DNA from: Candidatus Berkelbacteria bacterium
GTDB taxonomy: Bacteria; Patescibacteriota; UBA1384; 2-12-FULL-50-11
Length of the DNA stretch: 45,809 bases
Direction of reading: 5' to 3'
Assembly: GCA_030650195.1 (NCBI GenBank)
Contig: JAUSEP010000086.1
Location: 1 to 45,809 of the forward strand
The position numbers and the translations under genes are program-made. Each line of letters begins with the position of its first letter. Position 1 is the first letter of the stretch. Positions 7,386 to 16,977 of the stretch are shown here, piece by piece. The notes under the pieces are model-generated. The model did no database searches and had not been told where the DNA came from. It was given only the letters and a program-made list of their open reading frames with translations.

Positions 7386-10097
7386 ATGGTGTCATCAAAC
7401 ACAACTCACTCTCAGGGTATTCCGGAGAATTTCTGGGCACAACCAAAGAGCCGAACTTTAGATGAGCTCCGAACTAATGAACACCACGGTTTGAGTCAGG
7501 CCGAAGCTCGCTTCCGGTTGAACCAGCACGGGACCAACGAACTCAAGCACGACCAACACGTTTCTAAATTAGAACTGCTTTTTCACCAGCTCAACAGCCC
7601 ATTTGTTTATATCTTAGTTGTAGCTGCAATTATCTCTGGTTACCAAAGCCGTGTTACCGAAACGGTAGTTATCATCGCAGTAATTATTATCAATTCCGCC
7701 ATCGGATTTTTTGAAGAATATCGAGCCGAAAAAACTATTAGTAAGCTACGTGGTATTTTAGCGCCCCAAGCTCGAGTTATTCGCGAATCTGTCGAACAAA
7801 AAATTCCCGCTCGTTACCTAGTGCAGGGAGATATTATTATTGTCGAAGCAGGTGATCGAGTTCCAGCCGATGCCCGGATCTTAGAAGCTCGAGGTTTACG
7901 AGTTAACCAGGCACCATTAACCGGAGAGTCTATGCCCTCTCATAAGCGAGACACGGTTATATCTGCTTCTTCTGCTTTGATCGACCGACAAAATGTCATT
8001 TATCTATCAACCCTGGTGGTGTCTGGTCAGGCCACCGCCGTGGTTGTGGCAACGGGCATGCAAAGTGAGCTAGGAACGATTGCTCGTGAGGTGATCCAAG
8101 TCAGGGAAACACCAAGTGATTTAGTAAAAAAATTACGCCAGCTCGGAAGGTTCTTAACAATCGCTTCAGTTGGCCTGGCTCTTTTAGTTCTGCTCGTTGG
8201 TTATCTCTCTGGCCGAGAGCTACTAGATACATTCCGTGTCACTTTAGCCTTACTAGTTTCGATTGTGCCAGAGGGTCTACCGATCGCCTTAACCGTAACG
8301 CTTTCAGTTGGTCTAACGAGAATCTTCCGTCACCACGCCTTAATACGTCGTCTGTCGGCGGTGGAAACTCTTGGTAGCGTGACGATAATGTGTATCGACA
8401 AAACCGGTACCTTAACCGAAGGGGAGATGATGGTGGAGCGTCTGGTTTTGCCAAGCGGACAATATCGGGTTTCGGGTCGAGGCTTTGCGTTAAGTGGTTC
8501 GTTCTACCAGGATGACGAAGCCGTTAGTGTGGCCAAACATCCTGAACTTAGCCAACTGCTTGAGCTGACCAGTCTAGCAACAATGTCGACTATCTCGAAA
8601 GAAGATCTCAAACGAGACCAAGCTAAACAATTAACGGATCCGACCGAGACAGCTTTAGCGGTCGTAGCGGCCAAAGCCGGTTACTACGCCTTTGAACGAG
8701 AAGAAGATTATCCAGAAGTCCTGGAGCTCCCGTTTGATCAAGAGCAACGTTACTCAGCCTCTATCCATCGCGTTAAAGAGCAGTACCGGGTTATAGCCAA
8801 AGGAAGTATTGAACGGATTATTGGTTTAAGCCAATACATCGATCGGGGCAAAAGACTGAGAATGACTAAAGACACCCGTGAGGCGCTAGTTAAACAGGCT
8901 GAACAATTAGCCACTCAGGGCTATCGGGTTGTGGCGCTTGGTTATACCGATCATCCCCGTAACGCCAAGCTTGGAGCGGAACTAGTAAATAATCTGACTT
9001 TTGTTGGTCTTATAGCGATGACCGACCCGATTCGACCGGAAGCCCGGGGAGTTATAGAGAAAGCCCTTTCTGCTGGAGTTAGAACCTTGATGATTACGGG
9101 GGACCATTTACTAACTGCGGCCCATATTGCCCGTAAGATTGGTTTAGATACCCAAGGCGAGATAATCCATGCTCAGGACTTAGAGCACCATGATCTAAAA
9201 GGTGTTGCTGTGATCTCCCGTGCGACGCCACGAGATAAGTTGTTGATTGTCGAGAAACTCCAACGACGAGGCGAGATAGTAGTTATGACGGGAGACGGAG
9301 TGAATGACGCTCCGGCTCTAAAAAAGGCAGATATAGGGGTGGCTATGGGTAAGAGCGGTAGCGACATTGCCATCGAGACTTCAGAGATGGTACTGCTTAA
9401 CGACAACATCACTGGTATTGTAGCGGCAATTTCTGAAGGGCGGCGTATCTGGGAAAACATCAAAAAAATTGTTTACTACCTTGTTTCGACAAACTTAGGG
9501 GAGGTTATGCTGATCGTGGCGGCGCTGGCAATGAACTGGCCGTTACCAGTCCTAGTGGTCCAGATTCTTTGGTTGAACTTAGTAACGGATGGCGTTACCT
9601 CGATGGCTCTAACAGTTGAACCAGCCGAAGGAGATCTAATGAGTCGACCCCCAAGAGACCCTAAGGAATCTATCGTCAGTAGCGGTAGTTTTGGACGGAT
9701 GCTGTTAGTCTCAGCTGTTATGGCAGTCGGGACCCTGTTGGTTTTCAGGCTCAATATTGATGATTTAACTTATGCTCGAACCTCTGCCTTGACGACCCTA
9801 ATTTTCTTCCAACTGTTTAATCTCTTTAATAGCCGCTCAGCAATCCAATCCGTCTTTAATCTCAATTGGTCAGCAAATAAGTTGCTTGTAACAATGTTTG
9901 GTTTGGCTTCGGGGCTACACCTTATTGCCGTCTACTACCTTCCTTTGGCAGGAATATTGGGACTAACAGCCCTAAGTTTTCCAACGTTAGTGGTCTGTCT
10001 TGCAGTAGCACTGTCGATTGTATTAGTTGACGAGCTACGTAAATTGGGGCGAGTAATAGTACTATCTTGGGCTAAAACCCAAACAGTTTTTGATTAA
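7386..10097 (+). CDS. Cation-transporting P-type ATPase (type II, Ca2+-ATPase-like)
   Basis: TGES, PEGLP, DKTGT, MITGD, GDGVNDAPALKKADIG, QILWLNLVTDG; start could be 7377. Confidence 0.95.
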   Translation: MVSSNTTHSQGIPENFWAQPKSRTLDELRTNEHHGLSQAEARFRLNQHGTNELKHDQHVSKLELLFHQLNSPFVYILVVAAIISGYQSRVTETVVIIAVIIINSAIGFFEEYRAEKTISKLRGILAPQARVIRESVEQKIPARYLVQGDIIIVEAGDRVPADARILEARGLRVNQAPLTGESMPSHKRDTVISASSALIDRQNVIYLSTLVVSGQATAVVVATGMQSELGTIAREVIQVRETPSDLVKKLRQLGRFLTIASVGLALLVLLVGYLSGRELLDTFRVTLALLVSIVPEGLPIALTVTLSVGLTRIFRHHALIRRLSAVETLGSVTIMCIDKTGTLTEGEMMVERLVLPSGQYRVSGRGFALSGSFYQDDEAVSVAKHPELSQLLELTSLATMSTISKEDLKRDQAKQLTDPTETALAVVAAKAGYYAFEREEDYPEVLELPFDQEQRYSASIHRVKEQYRVIAKGSIERIIGLSQYIDRGKRLRMTKDTREALVKQAEQLATQGYRVVALGYTDHPRNAKLGAELVNNLTFVGLIAMTDPIRPEARGVIEKALSAGVRTLMITGDHLLTAAHIARKIGLDTQGEIIHAQDLEHHDLKGVAVISRATPRDKLLIVEKLQRRGEIVVMTGDGVNDAPALKKADIGVAMGKSGSDIAIETSEMVLLNDNITGIVAAISEGRRIWENIKKIVYYLVSTNLGEVMLIVAALAMNWPLPVLVVQILWLNLVTDGVTSMALTVEPAEGDLMSRPPRDPKESIVSSGSFGRMLLVSAVMAVGTLLVFRLNIDDLTYARTSALTTLIFFQLFNLFNSRSAIQSVFNLNWSANKLLVTMFGLASGLHLIAVYYLPLAGILGLTALSFPTLVVCLAVALSIVLVDELRKLGRVIVLSWAKTQTVFD

Positions 10098-10098
10098 A

Positions 10099-10467
10099 AT
10101 GCGACAAAAAAGAATTCTTTTAGTTGAGGATAACGAAGAACTAAGACATCTCTACAAGGAGGCGTTCCACCATAACAACTTTGAAATTTTTGAAGCTAGT
10201 GATGGTTTACTGGCAATAGACGTAGCCCTATTACATATCCCAGATATTATTCTGCTTGACTTAATGTTGCCCAAACAAGGAGGGCTGGGAGCTCTTAAAA
10301 TCTTTCGAACTCTACCGGAAACCAAACATATCCCAATTATTATCCTCACAGCCTTACCGAACCCTGACTATAAGGAGCAGGCCAAAGGTAGGGTTCAGGG
10401 ATACTTCTTAAAAACCGAAATAACTCCCAAAGAATTAGTTGCCAAAGTCCGGGAGCTTATCGACTAA
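10099..10467 (+). CDS. Single-domain response regulator (CheY-like receiver)
   Basis: ILLVEDN, PDIILLDLMLP, IIILTA, YFLK. Confidence 0.9.
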   Translation: MRQKRILLVEDNEELRHLYKEAFHHNNFEIFEASDGLLAIDVALLHIPDIILLDLMLPKQGGLGALKIFRTLPETKHIPIIILTALPNPDYKEQAKGRVQGYFLKTEITPKELVAKVRELID

Positions 10468-10507
10468 AAACTAATTTTGGGCTAAACTATCAGAGCAAGT
10501 TTACTTT

Positions 10508-10581
10508 GGTCCCATCGTCTAGTGGCCTAGGACGCCTGGTTCTCATCCAGGAAATCACCGGTTCGACTCCGGTTGGGACCG
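10508..10581 (+). tRNA. tRNA-Glu(CTC)
   Basis: Acceptor GGTCCCA/TGGGACC, anticodon arm CCTGG-ttCTCat-CCAGG, T arm ACCGG-TTCGACT-CCGGT. Confidence 0.96.
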
Positions 10582-10634
10582 CAGAGAAGCCTGAAGAGGG
10601 TTTCTTGCACAGCACTAACAACAAGGAGACAGAG

Positions 10635-11432
10635 ATGAAAGATGCCTTAACGGTGCTCTTGTCACAAACCAAGCGGCCGCTGTTAACAATCGAAGAAGAG
10701 ATTCATCTAGCCTGGCTTCTACGGTCAGGCGGAGAAGGTGCCCAACAAGCACGAAAAAAACTGTTCGAACACAATATCGGCTTGGTAGCTTCTATCGCCA
10801 AGAAATTTGGACCAAGGTCTAGAGAGGACCTTATAGGAGAAGGAATATTAGGATTGGAAAGGGCGTTAGAGCACTACGATCCTAGAACAGGCTATCGGTT
10901 CTCGACCTATGCAACGTTCTGGATTATGAGAGAGATTAGAATCGCGAGAATCAACTTCTACAACGAGCGCAACGTCGCCCGGATCCCGATATATCTCATC
11001 GAAGCTCTCAGCAAGCTCGAAAAACTTATCAGGCGATCGCCAGAGCTTGAGGACGAACCAGAAGCGTTAGCGATTGAGCTTGAAATTAGCCGTGAGGGGA
11101 TCGAGGATATTCTCTTTGCTCGAATGGGTGGATATATTGCCACCTCGCTTGACGACATATCCGACGATCATCCCGACACACCGCTAAAGGACCTGATTCC
11201 GGAACCGACAGTCGAGACTCGTCTCGCCGACCGCGTAACCATGCTGACAGACCTCCTGACAGATGAGGAAGTCGAGGTACTCCAGTTGTCCTGCTGTGAC
11301 GGGCTCACAATGAGTCAGGTTGCATCAGAGCTCAACATCTCCGTTAACCGAGTACGAGGATGCCGAAGAAGTACGAAACGAAAGATTGAGGCGAAGTATC
11401 CAACGTTTGCCCACGTCTCTCTTGACCCTTAA
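10635..11432 (+). CDS. Alternative sigma-70 family sigma factor (regions 1.2-4, no region 1.1)
   Basis: LLTIEEEIHLA, LFEHNIGLVASIAKKF, DLIGEGILGL, YDPRTGYRFSTYAT, C-terminal HTH; AAGGAG SD before ATG 10635. Confidence 0.88.
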   Translation: MKDALTVLLSQTKRPLLTIEEEIHLAWLLRSGGEGAQQARKKLFEHNIGLVASIAKKFGPRSREDLIGEGILGLERALEHYDPRTGYRFSTYATFWIMREIRIARINFYNERNVARIPIYLIEALSKLEKLIRRSPELEDEPEALAIELEISREGIEDILFARMGGYIATSLDDISDDHPDTPLKDLIPEPTVETRLADRVTMLTDLLTDEEVEVLQLSCCDGLTMSQVASELNISVNRVRGCRRSTKRKIEAKYPTFAHVSLDP

Positions 11433-11461
11433 GACCGCCTAACCATGGCGGTCCCTCTTTT
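11433..11461 (+). terminator. Probable terminator
   Basis: GACCGCC-TAACCAT-GGCGGTC followed by CCTCTTTT. Confidence 0.55.
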
Positions 11462-11481
11462 ATCTGGCGTATAGTTAGACT

Positions 11482-12369
11482 ATGGAGGTAATTGTTTTTT
11501 GGATGGTGCCGGTAGTCTTGCTAGTAGTTTTAATTTTGCTAACCCTCCAAATTATTAAACATAATCGTAAGCAAGAGATTCATATTATTGAGCCCCTGGG
11601 ATTTTTGGCTAACAGTTGGCAGGTGGCTCGGTTCGAACCTGACAGTCAAACTCTTAAACAAGTTTTTAAATTGTTAGCAACGAGCAATCTTTCTAAGGGA
11701 ACACTACTAGAACAGATAATTACCTCATCTAGTAACTCGGTATCTTTAAAATCTAAAAGTAGTACCGGAACACTTGTTGAGCACCAATCTTTCGGAGCTC
11801 TATCGGAACGATTTGTCTTAGAGGCTGGTAATAAGAAGAAATCCTTTCTTATAGGGCCATTAGAGCAAATAGAGGAATTTATTGAAGACGAAAAGATTGC
11901 CAAATATCGAACCTTGTCTCAAAAAGCGACAGAAAACGGTTACTTAGCTTTAGTTATTGCTACGTCTTTTGTTCACGGGAACAAAACGAAGAAATCTAAA
12001 TATCAGATTGAAGGAATGGTTATGTTGGAGCCTGTGGTAAACCAGGACTTTGTTGCCATACTCCAAGGAGCTAGCCAGAAACCGTCACGATTCCTTACTG
12101 TTTTACCAGTTGGAGTAGCGTCACATCTTTTCTCCCAGGTATTTCCAAGCAAGGCGCATTTTGACCTGAACGCTAAAGAGTTAGAGACGCTATTGCCTCC
12201 TAAGTTTGCCGAAGTCGATCTAGAAAAAGCCACTATTGTTGGTGGAGCGGATTTGATAGCTCGGCACCAAACGCTCCGAGTTTGGCAACGAGAATTTGAC
12301 TGCATTGTCGTTAGTCGTAATCCCGAAGATCGAGACCTGCCTATTACCCCACGCCACGACATCTCTTAA
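11482..12369 (+). CDS. Membrane-anchored protein resembling degenerate P-type ATPase cytoplasmic (N/P) domains
   Basis: One N-terminal TM helix; several colinear blocks similar to the nearby ATPase with catalytic motifs missing. Confidence 0.6.
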   Translation: MEVIVFWMVPVVLLVVLILLTLQIIKHNRKQEIHIIEPLGFLANSWQVARFEPDSQTLKQVFKLLATSNLSKGTLLEQIITSSSNSVSLKSKSSTGTLVEHQSFGALSERFVLEAGNKKKSFLIGPLEQIEEFIEDEKIAKYRTLSQKATENGYLALVIATSFVHGNKTKKSKYQIEGMVMLEPVVNQDFVAILQGASQKPSRFLTVLPVGVASHLFSQVFPSKAHFDLNAKELETLLPPKFAEVDLEKATIVGGADLIARHQTLRVWQREFDCIVVSRNPEDRDLPITPRHDIS

Positions 12370-12400
12370 GTAACCACTCCAAATCGGTTAGAATGCAGGA

Positions 12401-13642
12401 GTGGAAAAAGAAAATTTACTACCGTTGTCGGGGTTTCGAGATAACTTAGGCCCAACTAAAAGTTGGGTGATTAGTGAACTACAAAAAACTTTTCAGGAGT
12501 ACGGCTACCAGGCACTAGAGACCCCGGCAATCGAACGCCAAGAGATTCTTCTTGGTAAATTAGGAGAAGAAGGGCAAAAACAACTTTATCTTTTTGAAGA
12601 TAACGGGAAGCGGAAAGTTGGTTTACGGTACGACCTGACAGTACCCTTAGCTCGTTTTGTTGCCGGCAACCTTGGCCAGTTAGCCCTCCCCTTCAAGCGC
12701 TACGAGATCGGATCGAGCTGGAGAGCGGAACGACCACAAAAAGGTCGCTACCGTCAATTTACGCAGGCTGACGTAGATATTATTGGTGCTCCCGAACCAT
12801 CTAGCGAACTGGAGTTGTTCTCTGTCGTTAGTTCTGCGGCCGAAAGATTGGGCCTGAAACTTACGTGCCTGATAAATGACCGCCGAGTAGTTAGCGAGAT
12901 TTTCGATTCTCTCAAGATTCAAGATTCTGAGAGATCTAAGCTCCTCCAACTTTTTGATAAGAAAGATAAGTTACCAGAAGCGGAGTTTACAAGCCAATAC
13001 CAAAAATTCTCTTTAACCGATGTTCAGTCACGCCAACTCTCTGCTTACTTTTTGGCTGAAGGTGAGGAAGCACTGGCATCTACGGAACACCTAATAGGTA
13101 AGTCAGAGTCTCTCACAACAGTTAAGGCCATGCTTGCTTGGGCAAAGCGTCGTGGTGTCAAAGCCGAATTTGCTCCATCGATGGTACGAGGATTAGATTA
13201 CTACACCGGTACAATTTTTGAATTCAAAGCAGATAACTACGATGGCGGAACTGTTGTTGGAGGTGGTCGGTACGATTCCCTAATTGAGGGATTAACGGGA
13301 CAAAAGGTACCGGCAGTAGGCCTGTCTTTTGGTGTTGATCGTTTGAGCGATTTACTCTCAGGCGAAGCTCAAACAGACACTCTTTTTATTGTCCGCTTGC
13401 CGGAAACAACCGTTGAGCTGAACAATTGGGTACGGGAGCTACGGAAAGAGGGTCGCAAAGTTGAGGTTTACTTAGATGAGACCGTTGAGTTAGGTAAACA
13501 GATTAAATACGCAGATAAACGAGGTTACAAAACAATTATTATTCCGCTTGAAGAAGCCTGGAAAAAAGGTCAAGTAGAAATTAAAAATCTTGAAACAGGC
13601 AAGCAGGAAGCGGTTAAGAGAGACGAAATAGCAAATGGCTAA
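12401..13642 (+). CDS. hisS: Histidine--tRNA ligase
   Basis: LRYDLTVPLAR, RAERPQKGRYRQFTQ, RGLDYYTG, GGGRYD. Confidence 0.97.
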   Translation: MEKENLLPLSGFRDNLGPTKSWVISELQKTFQEYGYQALETPAIERQEILLGKLGEEGQKQLYLFEDNGKRKVGLRYDLTVPLARFVAGNLGQLALPFKRYEIGSSWRAERPQKGRYRQFTQADVDIIGAPEPSSELELFSVVSSAAERLGLKLTCLINDRRVVSEIFDSLKIQDSERSKLLQLFDKKDKLPEAEFTSQYQKFSLTDVQSRQLSAYFLAEGEEALASTEHLIGKSESLTTVKAMLAWAKRRGVKAEFAPSMVRGLDYYTGTIFEFKADNYDGGTVVGGGRYDSLIEGLTGQKVPAVGLSFGVDRLSDLLSGEAQTDTLFIVRLPETTVELNNWVRELRKEGRKVEVYLDETVELGKQIKYADKRGYKTIIIPLEEAWKKGQVEIKNLETGKQEAVKRDEIANG

Positions 13643-16472
13643 GCCGGATTTCTCGGGCGACCACAAGTCGCTTTTTGAAGTTGAAGAAAAAGTTTTAAAA
13701 TTTTGGGAAGAGCAAAAGATTTTCCAGAAATCCCTAGATAAGAACCCTAAGGAAAATATTTTTTCTTTTTACGATGGGCCTCCTTTTATAACAGGCATTC
13801 CGCATTACGGAACTCTTCTACCTTCAATAGCAAAAGATATTATTCCTCGTTACCAAACAATGAAGGGTAAATATGTTCGGCGTACCTGGGGATGGGACAC
13901 TCATGGGCTACCTGCTGAGAACCAGGTTGAGAAACAGCTAGGCTTAAAAGTTAAAAAAGATATTGAAGAGTTAGGAGTAGATAAGTTTATTGAAGCCTGT
14001 AGAGCTTATGTTGGTGAGGTGTCTGATGCCTGGAAATGGTATATCGATCACATCGGTCGTTGGGCAGATATGGATAATGCGTACCGAACAGATTCCTTGG
14101 AATTCATGGAAACAGTTATTTGGGTTTTCAAACAACTTCACAACAAGGGTTTGATATATCGTGGTCGTCGAACTTCTCTTTACTGTCCGCGTTGTGCTAC
14201 GGCCTTAAGTAAGTTTGAAGTAACGATGGATGATGATTCGTACCGGGACGTCGAAGACCCAGCCGTAACGATAGCCTTCAAGATGAATTCCGAGGATACG
14301 TATTTATTGGCCTGGACGACTACACCTTGGACGCTACCAGCCAACCTTGGTTTAGCAGTGGATGAAAAAGCCGAATACGTAAAAGTAACTGATGGTAAAA
14401 AGCAATACATTTTAGCTCACGAAGCCCTGCCTCGTTACAGTGATTGCGACTTTGAAATACTGGAAACATTTAAAGGCAAAAAACTAATTGGTCAGAAATA
14501 CGAACCGCTTTACAGTTTTCTACCAACAAATCCCGAAAAAGATTTTCAAGTGTATCCAGCAGATTTTGTTTCTATGGACGAGGGAACGGGAATTGTCCAT
14601 ATAGCCCCAGGATTTGGAGAGGATGATACTAAACTAGGTGAAAAAGTAGGGTTATCTTTGCATGAAACAGTTGATGAAGCCGGACATTTTATTCCTGAAA
14701 TTAAACCATGGGCCGGACAGTATTACAAAAAAGCAAATCCATCAATTTCGGAAGACCTTACTAAACGAGGATTGCTCTTTAAGGAGTCTACCGTTACTCA
14801 CTCCTACCCACACTGCTACCGTTGTTCGACGCCACTCATATATAAAGCCCAAGTTTCTTGGTACATGTCGATCGAACCGCTACGGAAGGAGCTACTTGAT
14901 AGTAACAAGAAGATTAACTGGATTCCTAAACATTTTGGTGACAAGAGATTTGCCCACAACATTACCAATGCTCCTGATTGGTCCATAAGCCGAACACGCT
15001 ACTGGGGAACACCGTTACCCGTCTGGGAGACCGAAGATGGTGAAGTTTTTGTACCAGAGTCAGTCGCAGAACTAGAAAAACTTAGTGGCCAAAAGATTAC
15101 AGATTTGCATCGTCCTAAGATAGACGAGGTTGTACTAACGCTATCTAACGGTAAGAAAGCACATCGGGTGAAGGAAGTTTTGGATTGTTGGTTTGAGTCT
15201 GGTTCTATGCCGTACGGGCAAGATCATTATCCTTTTGAAAACAAAGAAGAGTTCGAAACACATTTTCCAACAGATTTTATTATTGAATATACCGGACAGC
15301 TCCGAGGTTGGTTCTACTATCTCCATGTGCTATCTAATGCTCTTAAGGGAAGTATCGCTTTTAAAAATGTTGCTGTGAACGGAGTGCTGATGGGTAACGA
15401 TGGCCGAAAGATGAGTAAATCTTACGGTAATTACCCAGACCCACGTGGAACAATTGAAAAATATGGTGCTGAATCTTTACGACTCTACTTTATGAGCTCA
15501 AAGATTATGGTCGGAGAAGATCTGGCTATTAGTGAAGAAGATATCCGAGAGCAATCTCGTCTCCTTAACGTCTTCCACAACTCTTTGAAATACTTTTTAA
15601 CCTATGCAGGAGTTGCCGCTTGGCAAGCTGGTAAAGAAAGCAAAGCCGAAAAAACCGTTCTTGATCTCTGGATTGAAGCTCGACTTGAGGAGGCGATTAA
15701 GGAATATGTTGAAGGCTTAGACAATTTTGACTTCCAAGCCTCAACCAAAGCCGTTAGACCGTTTATTGAAGATCTCTCTACCTGGTACATCCGCCGTTCT
15801 CGAGACCGGTTTGTCCAGGGCGATGAGGCGGCTTTAGCTACACTTGGTAGCGTCTTACTTCGTTCAGCAATAGCTTTTGCCCCAACCCTACCTTTTACCA
15901 GCGAATATTTTTACCAGATGCTAGGAGGCCAAAAAGAATCTGTGCACTTAGAAAGTTACCCAGCATTTGACGAGGCAGTCCTAAAACACGAACAAGAAAC
16001 AATTACAGTGATGCGAACGGTTCGTGAAGTGGCTTCTATTGCTCATATGCAACGGGCCGAGGCTAAGATGCCGTTACGCCAACCACTTCCGAGCTTAACC
16101 GTTGCGGGATCATCAGAACTTGCGAAGCGAGAAGACCTTATCGAAGTTTTACGAGACGAAGTGAATGTTGAGCGAGTTGAGTTTGGTAAAGAAACAAATA
16201 TAGATACAAAACTGACTCCGGAACTCCAGATGGAAGGGCGTTACCGTGAACTAGCACGTAAACTTCAGGAAGCTCGTAAGAAAGGTGGTTTAAAAGTTGG
16301 GGAAATGGCTAGCTTCCACTACTTTACCCGTGACGATGACCTACGAGAGCTTATCGAAAAGCATTCATTGGAGCTTTCTAAAGCCGCTACACTTCGTTCA
16401 ATTGAACCGATCGCCGATCAATCAGGTTTAACCAAACTTGATGGCGAGGAACTGGCCTACAAATTTAAGTAA
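13635..16472 (+). CDS. ileS: Isoleucine--tRNA ligase (type 2)
   Basis: FYDGPPF, HYGT, GWDTHGLP, WTTTPWTL, SRTRYWGTP, KMSKS, STWYIRRSRDR. Confidence 0.96.
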   Translation: MAKPDFSGDHKSLFEVEEKVLKFWEEQKIFQKSLDKNPKENIFSFYDGPPFITGIPHYGTLLPSIAKDIIPRYQTMKGKYVRRTWGWDTHGLPAENQVEKQLGLKVKKDIEELGVDKFIEACRAYVGEVSDAWKWYIDHIGRWADMDNAYRTDSLEFMETVIWVFKQLHNKGLIYRGRRTSLYCPRCATALSKFEVTMDDDSYRDVEDPAVTIAFKMNSEDTYLLAWTTTPWTLPANLGLAVDEKAEYVKVTDGKKQYILAHEALPRYSDCDFEILETFKGKKLIGQKYEPLYSFLPTNPEKDFQVYPADFVSMDEGTGIVHIAPGFGEDDTKLGEKVGLSLHETVDEAGHFIPEIKPWAGQYYKKANPSISEDLTKRGLLFKESTVTHSYPHCYRCSTPLIYKAQVSWYMSIEPLRKELLDSNKKINWIPKHFGDKRFAHNITNAPDWSISRTRYWGTPLPVWETEDGEVFVPESVAELEKLSGQKITDLHRPKIDEVVLTLSNGKKAHRVKEVLDCWFESGSMPYGQDHYPFENKEEFETHFPTDFIIEYTGQLRGWFYYLHVLSNALKGSIAFKNVAVNGVLMGNDGRKMSKSYGNYPDPRGTIEKYGAESLRLYFMSSKIMVGEDLAISEEDIREQSRLLNVFHNSLKYFLTYAGVAAWQAGKESKAEKTVLDLWIEARLEEAIKEYVEGLDNFDFQASTKAVRPFIEDLSTWYIRRSRDRFVQGDEAALATLGSVLLRSAIAFAPTLPFTSEYFYQMLGGQKESVHLESYPAFDEAVLKHEQETITVMRTVREVASIAHMQRAEAKMPLRQPLPSLTVAGSSELAKREDLIEVLRDEVNVERVEFGKETNIDTKLTPELQMEGRYRELARKLQEARKKGGLKVGEMASFHYFTRDDDLRELIEKHSLELSKAATLRSIEPIADQSGLTKLDGEELAYKFK

Positions 16473-16509
16473 GTTGACAACAGTAGAGCAGGTTAGGAAT
16501 GATAACGGT

Positions 16510-16632
16510 ATCTAGAGGTGACCGTCCTCTGGAAATCTAAAAGGAGGTGGAATCTCCTAAGCAAAATCTGGTAGTTTCGAGTTTGGACGTACAACGGGGT
16601 GTCACCATGATGGTGCGCCCCGACTAATTTTT
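16510..16632 (+). ncRNA. Candidate small structured RNA (~120 nt); boundaries approximate
   Basis: TTGACA at 16474; hairpin TCTAGAGG/CCTCTGGA; AGGAGGT-gga-ATCTCCT hairpin; closing GC-rich hairpin CGGGGTG..CGCCCCG then T tract; no start codon at SD distance. Confidence 0.5.
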
Positions 16633-16977
16633 AGGGCTTGACAGCACATTTTCCAGAAGAGTAGCATTACTTCGTAAGCGAGTGTGCGCACACGCTAGCT
16701 TCGGACATTCTACAGACCTTTGGGTCACAGGCTGCTTGAACGGGAGGGTAGCACATGAAAATGTGCGGCGACCGTATGAGTCATTCTGCCAAAAGAGGCC
16801 CTGTCAGGTGTGGGTGCTGATCAGATAGGGCTGGCTCGCAGGCACCAACACTGAAAACCAATGGCGTTAGCTCCACTGAGCTTTGCCATCAACGGTAGTA
16901 GGTGAACGAACGGGGTTTTACTCCCGTTGTTCCGGCAAGACCGGAAGAAAAGCGGTTTGGGCCGATCTCCTAAGCAA
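16552..16977 (+). repeat. Exact 13-nt direct repeat ATCTCCTAAGCAA, one copy in each candidate RNA (16552-16564 and 16965-16977)
   Basis: Read directly from the sequence. Confidence 0.9.

Noticed and set aside
10506-10634. 43-aa N-terminal extension of the sigma factor ORF
   Set aside because: Runs through tRNA-Glu; ATG 10635 has a good SD
16755-16820. 21-aa ORF MKMCGDRMSHSAKRGPVRCGC after GGAGG
   Set aside because: Start codon lies within a GAAA-loop hairpin and the ORF explains little of the structured region; not fully excluded
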